Assembly (NCBI RefSeq): GCF_018350175.1
Contig: NC_058368.1
Span: 201,254,001 to 201,318,000 of the forward strand
DNA length: 64,000 nt
DNA from: Felis catus
Taxonomy: Eukaryota
Direction: 5' to 3'
Shown here: in pieces, positions 1-10,791 of the stretch
Position numbering within the stretch: position 1 is the stretch's first letter
Layout of the letters: every line of letters begins with the position of its first letter
Translations under genes and position numbers: made by a program
Notes under the pieces: model-generated
The model's database searches: none
What the model was told of the DNA's origin: nothing
Seen by the model: the letters and a program-made list of their open reading frames with translations, nothing else

Positions 1-1260
1 GGGGACGCCCTGGGCAACCTCTCTACCCCAGGTGGCCTCTCAACGGGGGCCCAGGAGCTCCTGTCCTAGGGTTCTTTTCGGGCTCAGAGTCCTGCGATCA
101 AGTTTCTGATATTTCCAAAAACCTCCATGCTTCCATGTTCCAGCACATTGTCTCTAGAAATTTAGCCTAGCCCAGGCCCGGGATCAAAGAGCGTGAAACA
201 AAGAGACACCCCCCCCCCCTCACCCCCACCACGCACCACCGCACCTCCGGATCCCCTGGGCCTTATGCCTCCAGGATTTCCAATTTACCAACCTTCTAGC
301 TGGGCCCCCACCCCCACAGGGTTCTGCACTCAAGGGCATTTTCCGATTCCATCTTCCCATTGACAAAAGAGGAAAAATCGAACTGAATCTACATCCCCTG
401 CCCTCACTCATGCTAGACTTGAGGAGAAAATCAAAGTCACGAAGACCTCTCTCCTTGCTAGGTTGGCAAGAGCAGCTCCTGGAGAGGCCACTCGGTTCCT
501 TAGTGTGAATCTCCTTGCCACCCACGTTTGGGACCAGAGCCCGGGTTGCCCTGGGTCGCGCTTTGGTGGGCCCAGCTGGGGACGAGAAAGCAAAGGTGAA
601 TCCGGTCACCGGTAGCTCTGGTCACTAAAAAAGAGGGGTCCCTGCCTGCCTACCACCTGGGGCTGTCTGCTGGGGGGACCTTCCAACCTCCTAAATACGA
701 GGTGGAGGAAAAAAGTTCAACCTCGGGCTGTGGCCTCAGAGATGCAACCCTCTGAAGGTTAAACTTTCCGTTTTAGGTTGTTTCCTCCTCTGCTGGTGCA
801 ACACCCCGGGTTTCCCCAAAATGAATACACTCGTGGAAATCAAAGAATCAAGGTACTATTTTAATTGCTTCAAACTGTGTCAAATCACCTCCTTATGCCA
901 TCTGCCAGAAGTTCAACTTTCTCTGAGTGCCTACATTCCAGAAAATTGTAAGGACAACATTCCCTCTGCATTCGTTTTGATGGCAGCGTCCGGAAAGGAC
1001 AGTATAGTTATTAGTGCACAACATTTGAGAGAATAACTTAATTCTTAATATCATCCCCAGAATACACACACCTCAAAGTATTAGTTGCCATTTTTTTCCC
1101 CAAGTTTATTCCATTCACTCTGTGTTGGAAACGTTGAATTGGAAAACAAGAGAGAAACCCCTGCGGCGGCGAGATTCACTTCTGTGCTCAACTGTTGGGC
1201 GGGGGACCCACAGGGGCTGATTAGCAGAGAGACGGGCTCCTTTGTTGATTTAAGAGTTCA
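1..1260. promoter_or_regulatory. GC/CpG-enriched segment, possible CpG-island shore or promoter flank of a gene outside the window
   Basis: Roughly 25 CpGs in 1-830 by hand count and visibly higher GC than the rest of the window; C-rich tracts at 208-250; GC box GGGCGG near 1197. No recognisable exon. Confidence 0.45.
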
Positions 1261-3321
1261 CCAGCCAAGATATAACAATTACCTTGATGCCTTTTCTCAA
1301 TTGTCTATTGTTGACTTATTTCTGCAGTTCCATCCGCTGTACAAAATTCTTTCCAAAAAACTATTAAAACATAAGTAAAAGTATAGTAATGGTAACAGAC
1401 TACTTTAAATGGCTTTGTTTATCATTTATATATACCTCATACACATCTATGAAATATATCAAAAGTGTATGTAGCACATCCTCTATGTATAATACATATA
1501 ATTATATGCTAATGCAACATCATTTTTATATCATAAGTTAATACCATAAAGGAAAGTTTGAAATGCTATTTCTAATACACATAACACCCTCTGTCCAAGG
1601 AAATAATTAGCAGGCTTGAAACTGATATTTGGAGGTGTTTCTATAGAGAACAAAATCTGAAACTCCGAGAACCGAAATCCCATCAAATATGATGGTACAT
1701 AACAAGGTTGCTACAGATTAATAATATAAGAAAATAAGTTTCCTGTTTTGCAATCTCATTTTATTTTACTTGTGCACATAAAATTTCTTTACCATTTAAC
1801 TGTTCCAAAGTCTCTGATCACATCATATCGGCAAGAAATAAAAATCTGCAAGTGTGCATAATGCTTAAGGAATTACTATAATTAACTTTTTTGATTTGAC
1901 AATATTGTGCTCACCTTTATTTAAATGTAAATATTAATATATTACAGTTAATATAACTGTATAACTAGATAATATCACCATGTCATAATTTACAAGAAAT
2001 TAATATAAAGTAAAAGAGCAAGTATAAACTTCTTTTCATAATGGCTATTTAGGGTCTGTTATCAAAATATAGTAATAAGATTCATATGTGTGATAAATAT
2101 GTTGCTATCCACTCTCCTATCAGAGAGTTCAATCTAGTTATAAAAACACTGAACTATTATTATATGATGTATGCTCTCACTTGAAGGTAGCTAAATTGAT
2201 GTTTTGCCATATTTTAAGAACCCTTTCCCTACTCCCTAGATACATGTAACAGCCTAGAAAGATCACTGCATATTGAACTGTAATGCTAAATCAGAAATTA
2301 TATTATTACTCATAACTAGCATCCCGCTGACTTTCACTTAAATATCAGGACCCAAATTATTTTACATCTCACTTCAGAAATGTGGTACAACGTGCTATTT
2401 AATCTTCTTGGCCTAGTCTTAGAATTTATCATACACTCTCCTTTTTATGAACCACACAAACCATTGGTGATAGTGACGAGAAGCACTGTATATAGTTTCA
2501 CTGGCTTTGGATTCTTGTATGGTGTTTGAAAAAATAAAAATCATATCTTATAGGTCTTGATGGTGTATGCCTTCCAATCTTGAGATGTTGATTTAGCTGT
2601 CCTGAACGTCACATGATGTGCCTCTCCATAATCCTGTACCCAAGCCATTGCAGAATTGCTGACGTGACTTTGGTGTGCTGTGCCAGGGCAAATATATTAT
2701 TTTGAATTATGCCAGCAGTGAGGAAGACACATGAGTATAGCTCTCAGAGTGGAAGAAAAGGTGAGTGGATGGAAAATCACTCTTTCTGAATAAGGTGGTA
2801 GAGAACGAATGGAGTGTATATGACATTGTCAGCCATCAAAAGAGAGGATGAAAATAGGTGTTAGACTAAGATGAGAAAAGTATTCAGTTTTGAGAAAGTA
2901 AAGAGAAAGCTTATTGAGGAAAGAGAAGAGTGAGGTAAATGTCAAGAGAAACAAAGGAAAGGAACAGGCTTTGGTGACCCAGTTCGTCCTGCTAGACTGT
3001 GCACGCACTGAAGGGCAAAATCCAGATCTTTATTAGTAGTAGATGGAAGTTGGGAAAGTAGGTGAAGACTGGGAAAAAGTGGACTTCATATAGTTACTTT
3101 AATCTGGCATTTAAAGCTTCACAACTCTGATTTAAGAGGTTTCTTTTTCTTTTTCTTTTTCTTTTTTTTTTGTGAAAAGTAGACTGGCAGTTTTTCTAAG
3201 TTGCATTGCATCTTTAAATATATACTAAAATGCTTACAAAAATAAGCTCACTGTTGGTAAACTAACAGCATAGAAAAGGCAGACCAAATGTGCTAGAAAT
3301 ATCATAAAATTGATTCCTACC

Positions 3322-3360
3322 TAGATAGATAGATGATTGATAGATAGATCATCTATAGAT

Positions 3361-3400
<40 letters not shown>
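3322..3400. repeat. (GATA)n tetranucleotide microsatellite
   Basis: Direct read of tagatagata... with a few interruptions. Confidence 0.97.
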
Positions 3401-3401
<1 letters not shown>

Positions 3402-3657
3402 GCAGGCTTATTTAACAACAGGATTCAGGACTCAGAAAAAAAGACTAGATCTGAGAAGGAATTTAAAAAAAAAAATGGCTTCAAAGGTTTCCGGAGTTTT
3501 GTTAGCCATTGCTTTTTCTACAGATTGGATTATACACAAAGTATAATTCATATATTTGGAACTGCTCGCTTAAACCACAATAAAAGCTGCCTTATGTTCC
3601 AGTTCATGCCAGCAACTTGAAGGGCTGCCTGCAACATTGCTGTTAGGTTAGCGTTTC

Positions 3658-4185
3658 TGACCTGGCTTCACGTTCTCCTAGACTGTTTCTTCTGATGTGA
3701 GAAGAATGTAAGCCCAAACCACCAGGGAGCATTCTTCACGCCCATGCACTTGAGAGAGTTTGGGTGTCCAAAATGTTGAAAAGGTCAGATACAGTTGTTC
3801 TCATAGAATCTATTCTGGAGGTCACAAGGTCAGAATGTCTGCACATGTGCACAAACCAACAGGCCCATAAAAGCCTGATAGGAGGCAGCAGTGCCCCATA
3901 AAAGGTCACACCCAGCCAGAATCCAACAACATTTGAAAGGCGTCTGCTATAGAGAAGAAATATGAGACTGACAGCGTTGGTAGGGGCAGCAGCAGAGAGA
4001 GATGGATGGGGATTAATCATGGTAAAATACTGAGCAAAAGAGACAGCAAATTCTGCCAAGCATGAATACTCCACTCACATGTTTCACAAAGCACACTCTT
4101 CAAAGTACGAGCTGATTGGCCAAGGTCAGGTTGATCTTTGCTAGGCTAAAAGAAGCAGCTGCTGAGTGTATATCCAGGCCAATGG
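3658..4185. promoter_or_regulatory. Candidate nuclear-receptor-responsive enhancer with a perfect DR2
   Basis: AGGTCA-ca-AGGTCA at 3819-3832; further half-sites at 3658-3663 (TGACCT), 3782-3787, 3903-3908 and CCAAGGTCA at 4120-4128; CCCATAAAAG twice (about 3864 and 3895); CCAAT boxes near 4115 (ATTGG) and 4179. Confidence 0.4.
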
Positions 4186-4804
4186 GGAACACCTAAGGAT
4201 TTTTAATGTTAAAAAAATTATTTGCAGTTCAACAGTAGAAAAAACTCCTGATAACACATGGTAACCAAAATTGCATTCTCTCTGTGTGCTCATGCCGTGA
4301 ACTTTGGGGTATTACCCACTTATAAGGATTATTGGTTGTCATTAACCTGTGGGTCTCCAGGAGTTTTATTTTTAAAGATTCCTCTTGTGTTTCTAGATTT
4401 AGCATCTTGCCTTATTTCATAATCTGTCCTCATCACGACACCTTTTGTGCAAGCAAAATATGCTACATGACAGCCTTTGGAAGACTGAATAGGTAACCCT
4501 AAGCAGTGCAGTTTACAGGACTCTAAGCAAGGGGACCACGACCGAAATAGCATCCCTTGGTTCCATCAAGGCTCGCCGACTACCTGATATTTACTTCCTT
4601 GACACTCATAAAGCCTCTTTAGTCTTCAGGTATTTTTGTTTAGTTTTGTTTGTTGGTTTTTAACTTAAATACTGAAGCTTTCTGTAGGTGATTTTTTTTA
4701 CCGTTTCTTTATCTTTTTGTACTATTATGAAAGCTTTCATAATAAGCATGCTGACAATAAGAAGGAAAAAAGAAAGACGTTGAAAAGGAAACAAAAATGA
4801 TAGA

Positions 4805-5228
4805 CCTAAAAACAAGTGGTACACATTGAAATACCACTCAACAGGGAAAAGAAATGAACTATTGAAATGTGCTATCACCTGGTTGAAACTCAAAATAAAT
4901 ATGCTGAGCGAAAGAAGTAAGACCGATAAGTGAACACTGTGTTATTCCATTTATATAAAATTCTAGGAAATACAGATTAACATATAGTGACAGATCCACT
5001 GGGGCCTGCGGATGGGGGTTTAGTGACAGGGAGAGGCAGCAGGGAGGGATTGCCAAGGGGCTTCAGGAAAATTTTGGAAGTGATACATCTTTTGGAGTTT
5101 CATTATCTTGACTGAAGTGATAGTGTCACAGATGTCTAACTATTATCTATCTACCTACCAAATCATATATTTTCAATATATACAGTTTTTCATATGTCAA
5201 TTATACTTCAATAACGCTATTAAAAATA
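4805..5228 (+). mobile_element. Old L1 (L1M-type) 3' end fragment
   Basis: Typical L1M 3' motifs: atgctgagcgaaagaagt, ttccatttatataaaattctaggaaa, tatgtcaattatacttcaataa followed by an A-rich end. Confidence 0.85.
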
Positions 5229-5666
5229 GATCTCAAGAAAGGGAGAAACTGAGTATTACATTGCCTTGATCTTTATTATTGTTATGATTATTATCATTGC
5301 TGTGTACTTTTTACAGTGAGGTTATAGGGCAGAGGGCACATGCACAGCAGTGTATGCGATGAAATCAGGTGTTTGAAGGGAAAGAAGAAGAAACGTACCT
5401 CAACCATTAGCCTGCCTGATGTCTTGTCAGTAATTGCTCAAGAACACCAATATGAATTTTCTGTGGCCTACTTGTGTGTTCTTAAGCACTTTTCTGTCCT
5501 CTTGGAGTATCAGGGTTAGGGATGCTAGGGATGTGATAGGGATACACTTTGAAGAAAGCTTCTCAAATATGCTGCCTTCTCCAAAGTCAAATTAATTCTA
5601 TGATTTCCAGCACTTTGGGGGTAATTTTTTATGATATCACTTTCTATTTTGTTTAGGTGCAGGTCT

Positions 5667-5702
5667 TTTTTGTTTTGTTTTGTTTTGTTTTGTTTTGTTT
5701 TT
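5667..5702. repeat. (TTTTG)n pentanucleotide repeat
   Basis: Direct read. Confidence 0.95.
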
Positions 5703-6875
5703 AAGTATAAGCTTTCTACCATTCCCCAAAACTCTTAAGTTTTTAAGGAGAGAGTCCATTTCTATGCCATTATTATAAACCATTGGCTTTCTGCAAATCT
5801 TTGATGAACTATCAAATGATCTCCCAGCCAGATTGTTGGAGTCCTGCTGCCTTTGGCTGAATTTCCTCAGATGTCAGTAGCTGGCTGGTTCACCAGAACA
5901 AAATTCCTGAACACTCTGTTCTGTTGTCCAGTGGGTCCTAGAGGCAGCCTTATTTATGTCTGAGCTCTTCATACCCTTTGGGCATTGCCTCCAATACCTG
6001 GCTGCAGCCTGCGGCTTCCCAGACAGGTTAGCTACCTTCCTCTTTCTTTCCTTTGTGGATGGGTCACCAGCATGCTCCCAGCTCATCCCTTCTTCCTTGT
6101 AAACTTAAATTGCCGTGAGCTGACCTTCATATCTGATCTTCAAGTAGTCATGTTGTTGCTGTCTTTAATCATTCAGCAACACATAGGCATTGCTGTGAGG
6201 CAGAGAGAAGGTAAAGGGAAATGATTTAAACGTGATGGTGCTTAAATAGAAGATTTATTTCTCTTCATGTTTTGGATTTGGGGGTTAAACATCACTGATC
6301 AAGGAAAGGATCAGGCAGTTTCTTTGCCTGTGGCTCATATTTGTGGGTCTTTCCACAGGACAGGGCATGAATCCAGTGGGTGAACAAATAGCTGTTAAAG
6401 ACAGGAGAGGATATGAGGCATTTGGGGGCAGAAGAAATCGAGCAAGATCAAGAATATTAGTGTTTATTAGAAACCTTTCTTTGTGCTCTGGTCAGAAGCT
6501 TGCTTTTTAATATGTTTCTGTACTTCTATAGGCATTCTGCTTGGAAGATTATCTCCTGCCAGAAAACTTCTAAAGTAGAATGAAAGGACACTGAAAGACT
6601 GATGTTAGGAAATTTGTTTTTCTCTTTGTCGAAGAGACTGCCATTTGTTCACCAAATTTCCATGCCCCTTCCACCCATCGTCTTTCTTGCTAATAGAATT
6701 CTATTTCTGTTTGCTTGCTTATTAGGTATTTCCAGCTAAAACGCTCTATTTCTTAGCCTCTCTTGTAGATAAGAGTGGCCAGTAAGACATAAGTGGAGGT
6801 TTATGTGTGAGTCTTCTGGGAAAACTACTTAAAAGGGTGACAGACAAGTAGCATGTACCTCCCTTGCTCCTAGTT

Positions 6876-7001
6876 TTTCTCCTTCCCCTTCTCCTTCCCC
6901 TTCCCCTCCTCCTCCTCCTCCACCTCCACGTCCTCCCCCTCCTTCTTCTTTTTCTTCTTCTTCTTCTTCTTCTTCTTCTTCTTCTTCTTCTTCTTCTTCT
7001 T
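6876..7001. repeat. Polypyrimidine (CCT)n/(TTC)n trinucleotide repeat next to a SINE tail
   Basis: Direct read; about 16 uninterrupted TTC units at 6953-7002. Explains the poly-E and poly-L ORFs in the track. Confidence 0.95.
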
Positions 7002-7015
7002 CAAGGCTTCCCAGC

Positions 7016-7217
7016 TTTTCTGTCTCTGAGACAGAGACAGAGAGAGAGAGAGAATAAGCCAGGGAGAGGCAAAGGGAAAGGGTGAGAGAGAATTCCAAGC
7101 AGGCTATGCACTGTCAGCACAGCGCCCGATGTGGGGCTTGATCCCGTGACCATGAGATCATGACCTGAGCTGAAATCAAGAGTCAGAAGCCCGACTGACT
7201 GAGCCACCCAGGCACCC
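7016..7217 (-). mobile_element. CanSINE (SINEC)
   Basis: Reverse complement of gggtgcctgggtggctcagtcag, tRNA-like head, (CT)n tract. Confidence 0.95.
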
Positions 7218-7387
7218 TTTTTTTTCCTCTTCTTCTTGATTAGAAACTGGGCATTGTGGCCAGAGCTCCAGCAGCCATCTTGTGTCTTTGGGATAAACTT
7301 GAGGAGGAAGCTATGCACAATAATAGATGGAAGAGTTGTCTGGATCTCTGATTATTTTCTAGAGCCATCGTATCATTTCTGAACTAT

Positions 7388-7837
7388 TGTATTGTCTATC
7401 ACTGCATAACAAATTACCACATGTTTATCAGCTTAAAACAACACCTATCTACTATCTCTCAGTTTCCTTGGGTCATGAATCTGGGTCTGAGTCCTTTGCT
7501 CAAGGTCTCACAATGTTCCAATCAAGGTGTCAGCCAGCCAGCATTTTCATCAAGCATTCACTGGAGAAAGAATCTGCTTCCAAGATCACTCAGGATATTA
7601 GTATAGTTTTTTTCATCGTAGTTGTAGGGCTGAGGTCCCCATTTTCATGCTAGCTATTGTTCAGGGAATACTCTCAGCATCTAGTTCAGGATTTTTCCAT
7701 GTGGCCATCTCCACAGTTCACAATATGGCAGTTAGCTTCTTCAAGGCCAGCAGAAGAATCTCTCTCTTCAGAAAGGGCCCATTCCTGCTTTTAATGGCTT
7801 TGCTTGATGAGGTCAGGTGACCCAGGATAATCCCCCC
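7388..7837 (-). mobile_element. MaLR LTR (MLT1), truncated at the right side
   Basis: gcataacaaattaccaca...gcttaaaacaacac...ctcagtttc and gcttcttcaaggccagca...cccaggataatc are MLT1 reverse-strand motifs. Confidence 0.85.
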
Positions 7838-7838
7838 C

Positions 7839-7963
7839 TTAAAAAAATGTTTATTTATTTTGAGAAGGGTGGGGAGAGAGAGGGAGAGAGAGAATCCCCA
7901 AGCTCTGCACTGTCAGTGCCACTCTCTCTCTCTCTCTTTCAAAATAAATAAACTTAAAAAATA
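7839..7963. mobile_element. Two CanSINE 3' fragments fused in opposite orientation
   Basis: 7839-7920 is a minus-strand SINE tail and part of the body; 7921-7963 is a plus-strand (CT)n-caaaataaataaacttaaaaaa tail. Both heads are missing. Confidence 0.85.
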
Positions 7964-8119
7964 AGTAATTTCAAAATAATACTAAAACATGTTAAATAAA
8001 TATTTAAGTTAAAGAGTAAAAAGTGAAACCCCTCTTCTATATATACATAAAATAAAACATAATTATATATAGAGAGATTATATATGTATATATATATATA
8101 CACATAATTGTTAAAAATT

Positions 8120-8350
8120 GAGCCTGAGTGACTCAGTTAAGCATCTGACTCTTGATTTCAGTTCAGGTCATGATCTCATGGTTATGGGATTGAGCCCCGA
8201 GTCGGACTCTGCACTGAGCGTGAAGCCTGCTTGGGATTCTCTCTCTTTCACACTCTCTCTCTCCTTCTCTCTCAGCCCCTTCCCAGCTTGGGCATGCAGG
8301 CGTGCACACTCTCTCTCTCTCTCAAAATAAATAAATAAACATTTTTTAAA
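8120..8350 (+). mobile_element. CanSINE (SINEC)
   Basis: gcctgagtgactcagttaagcatctgactcttgatttcag head, (CT)n, caaaataaataaataaac tail. Confidence 0.95.
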
Positions 8351-8365
8351 AAGTTGAAGCACACA

Positions 8366-8593
8366 GGGGCACCTGGGTGGCTCAGTCAGGTTAAGCATCT
8401 GACTTCGGCTCAGGTCATGATCTCATGGTTTGTGGGTTCGAGCCCCACCTCGGACTCTGTGCTGACAGCTCAGAGCCTGGAGCCTGCTTCAGATTCTGTG
8501 TCTCCCTTTCTCTCTGCCCCTCACCTGCTCATTCTCTCTCTCTCTCTCTCTCTCCCTTTTTCAAAAATGAATAAACATAAAAAGGTAAAATAA
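8366..8593 (+). mobile_element. CanSINE (SINEC_Fc-like)
   Basis: ggggcacctgggtggctcagtc head; flanks aaaagttgaagcacaca / aaaaattgaatcacaca resemble a TSD. Confidence 0.96.
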
Positions 8594-8639
8594 AAATTGA
8601 ATCACACATTACATGATATTTTCATAATATGTTCAAGTA

Positions 8640-9299
8640 TGTTAATGCCTTCCAGCCAATAGACCACTAGGAATTTACCTGTAGTCGAACAAGCTGTGTT
8701 TATTATTCATTGCAACAAGGGAGACTGCACAGCATGGAGAACTGTGGAATGTGTTAGTAAAATGGTGTTAGAAGTAAATCTTTTCTAGAAGGAGGGAATA
8801 CTAGAAGGAAAAATAGAATCTCTCTAGAGATTTCTCTCTAGAGAAAAGTAGCCTCTGACATTAAGGAACTTGGTCTGACACTTACAGATGGGCCTCAGTT
8901 TTGCTAGTTGTTAGGAGCTGACCTGGTCCTCCCAGCTAAGACTGTTTTCTCCTATTTGACCCACCAAAACAATCTCACAGATTATCATCATGAAGTGAGG
9001 GTTCTCTGTGACTATAAAGGAAAAGACCGCTTGATAATTTTGTCTAAGCACAGGGCACTGTGCAAACCACAGAAATATCAAACATCTCCTGGCTAATTTA
9101 AATGATTGCTGCTTCCTTACAGCTTTATTTTCCTTCTAGTATTACCTCCTTCTGGAAAAGATTTATTAAGATACCCAATCATAGAATTATCCCTATTCCC
9201 TGATAGCACCGAATCCGAAGTAAGCAAACCTCCATTTCCTTGACTCCTCCCCCCAAATCACCAAACCAAGGCACAAATAGTCTACATTCTTTCTAACAC
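8640..9299. mobile_element. ERV LTR (MER21/MER77-like) with its 3' part on minus (8640-8774) and its 5' part on plus (about 8836-9299)
   Basis: The minus part reads cttctaacac...agtctcccttgttgcaatgaataataaacacagcttgttcgactacagg (poly(A) signal/U5-like). The plus part ends aaatcaccaaaccaaggcacaaat...ctttctaacac, where the minus part begins. Family name is from memory. Confidence 0.6.
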
Positions 9300-9514
9300 A
9301 CAATGTTGTGTCATATTGCATTGAATTGGGGATAGAACACCCATAATCTATCCATTACACATATAATTATATATGTAGGAACATAGTGTAGTTAATAATT
9401 CTAGACTTTATTTCAAGACATTTCAATGTTGTTTGAAATGGCCTATGTTGGTGGGATGCACACACATACCACACATACCTACATATATGGGATACATGTT
9501 TTATATGTGTATCA

Positions 9515-9560
9515 TATAAATATAAATATAAATATAAATATAAATATAAATATAAATATA
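9515..9560. repeat. (TAAATA)n hexanucleotide repeat
   Basis: Direct read. Confidence 0.95.
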
Positions 9561-10541
9561 TGTTTATATATATATACTTTTTAAGAGAAAGCATTATTCT
9601 AAAGATATCCATAGATATGTTTACAATATATAGTATATAATATATAATATCTACTTTGTTAAAAGAAAGCATTATTAACTATCATATCCTGAATGAGTAT
9701 ATTAGTGAGAACTTGTAGGATTTATCATGATTGGTCTTTGTTTCAAAATTGCATAAAATAAACAACTAGCTGCTGCTGCTAATATCAACAACATTTTCTG
9801 AAAATATGTTGTGTATGTTGTGTCCTTCTAAATATTTATCTTTTTTAATAATCTCAATAAGCTATATTTTGGGAAGCTTTTTGGGTGGGCAAATAAATAC
9901 TTCCAATTGAGACAAAATGAATAACTCTCTTCTAGCATTTACAGAAATTCCCTTATTATCTGCTCATCAAAATGTCCTTGGCCCAGAATAGATTTAGTCT
10001 GTGGCGATTTTCTCCCTAAAGTTAGAGGAAGCGAGATTCTACTCATTGGTCGAATAACCACTGTGGTCTCTCATCTTTTATTAGAGAAAGAGGCCCTTTC
10101 CAAATTCATTCTGAAGTTCCAGATGGAGAATTGTGCATTTCTCACATTTCTAGTCTTTCAAGTAAGTGTTACAAGCCTTGTCTACAAAATAATTACAGAG
10201 TTATCTGAAAGGGAATGTGGGTTGCTTGTCTAAATTAGTTAGGATACCTTGTAGTTTCTTGGGAGAAAAGTCAGAAAATGAAAGTTATCTTTGAGTGTTT
10301 GGATTGAATTTCAGTATTCAAAGCATGAAATCTTCCACAAATCTTTCCATTTAGTGTTGTTGAAAAAGGTGTAATGTAAGCACAATACTGTACCTCTTTC
10401 CTCTCCATAACTCCTGGAAAGGCGCCATAGAACATGCATTTACATCAAGTCCTTGCTTGAGGTGAGTAAGCAATCACCATCGATCAGCCTAGCAGCCAAA
10501 AGGGCACCAAATTCATTACTCAGTTTCTTGGTCCTTGTTCT

Positions 10542-10791
10542 ATTTTATTTTATTTTATTTTATTTTATTTTATTTTATTTTAATGTTTTTATTTTTGAAG
10601 GAGAGAGAGAGAGAGAGAGACAGAGCATGAGTGGGGGAGGAGCAGAGAGAGAGGGAGACACAGAATCAGAAGCAGGCTCCAGGCTCTAAGCTGTCAGCAC
10701 AGAGCCTGATGCGGGGCTCGAACCCACAAACTGTGAGATCATGACCTGAGCCAAAGCTGACGCTGAACCAACTGAACCACCCAAGCGCCCC
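10542..10791 (-). mobile_element. CanSINE (SINEC_Fc-like) with (TTTTA)n tail and 16-bp TSD
   Basis: TSD tcttggtccttgttct at 10526-10541 and 10792-10807. Confidence 0.97.

Larger units (their letters stand above)
6628..7385 (+). mobile_element. MaLR LTR (MLT1J/K-like) interrupted by a CanSINE
   Basis: MLT1 motifs tatttcttagcctctcttgtagat, cttctgggaaaactacttaaaaggg, and after the SINE gagctccagcagccatcttgtg. Confidence 0.7.

Noticed and set aside
220..609. 129-aa minus-strand ORF, considered as retroviral gag or a first coding exon
   Set aside because: No recognisable motif, non-ATG start, and long ORFs are expected by chance in GC-rich DNA.
6829..7098. Poly-Glu/Gly and poly-Leu ORFs
   Set aside because: Read-through of the (TTC)n/(CCT)n repeat and adjacent SINE.
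8354..8593. Recurring ORF family of the type WVAQSVKRPTSAQVMIS (also at 27268, 38012, 39585, 40303, 49469, 60205)
   Set aside because: These are translations of CanSINE copies, not a gene family.
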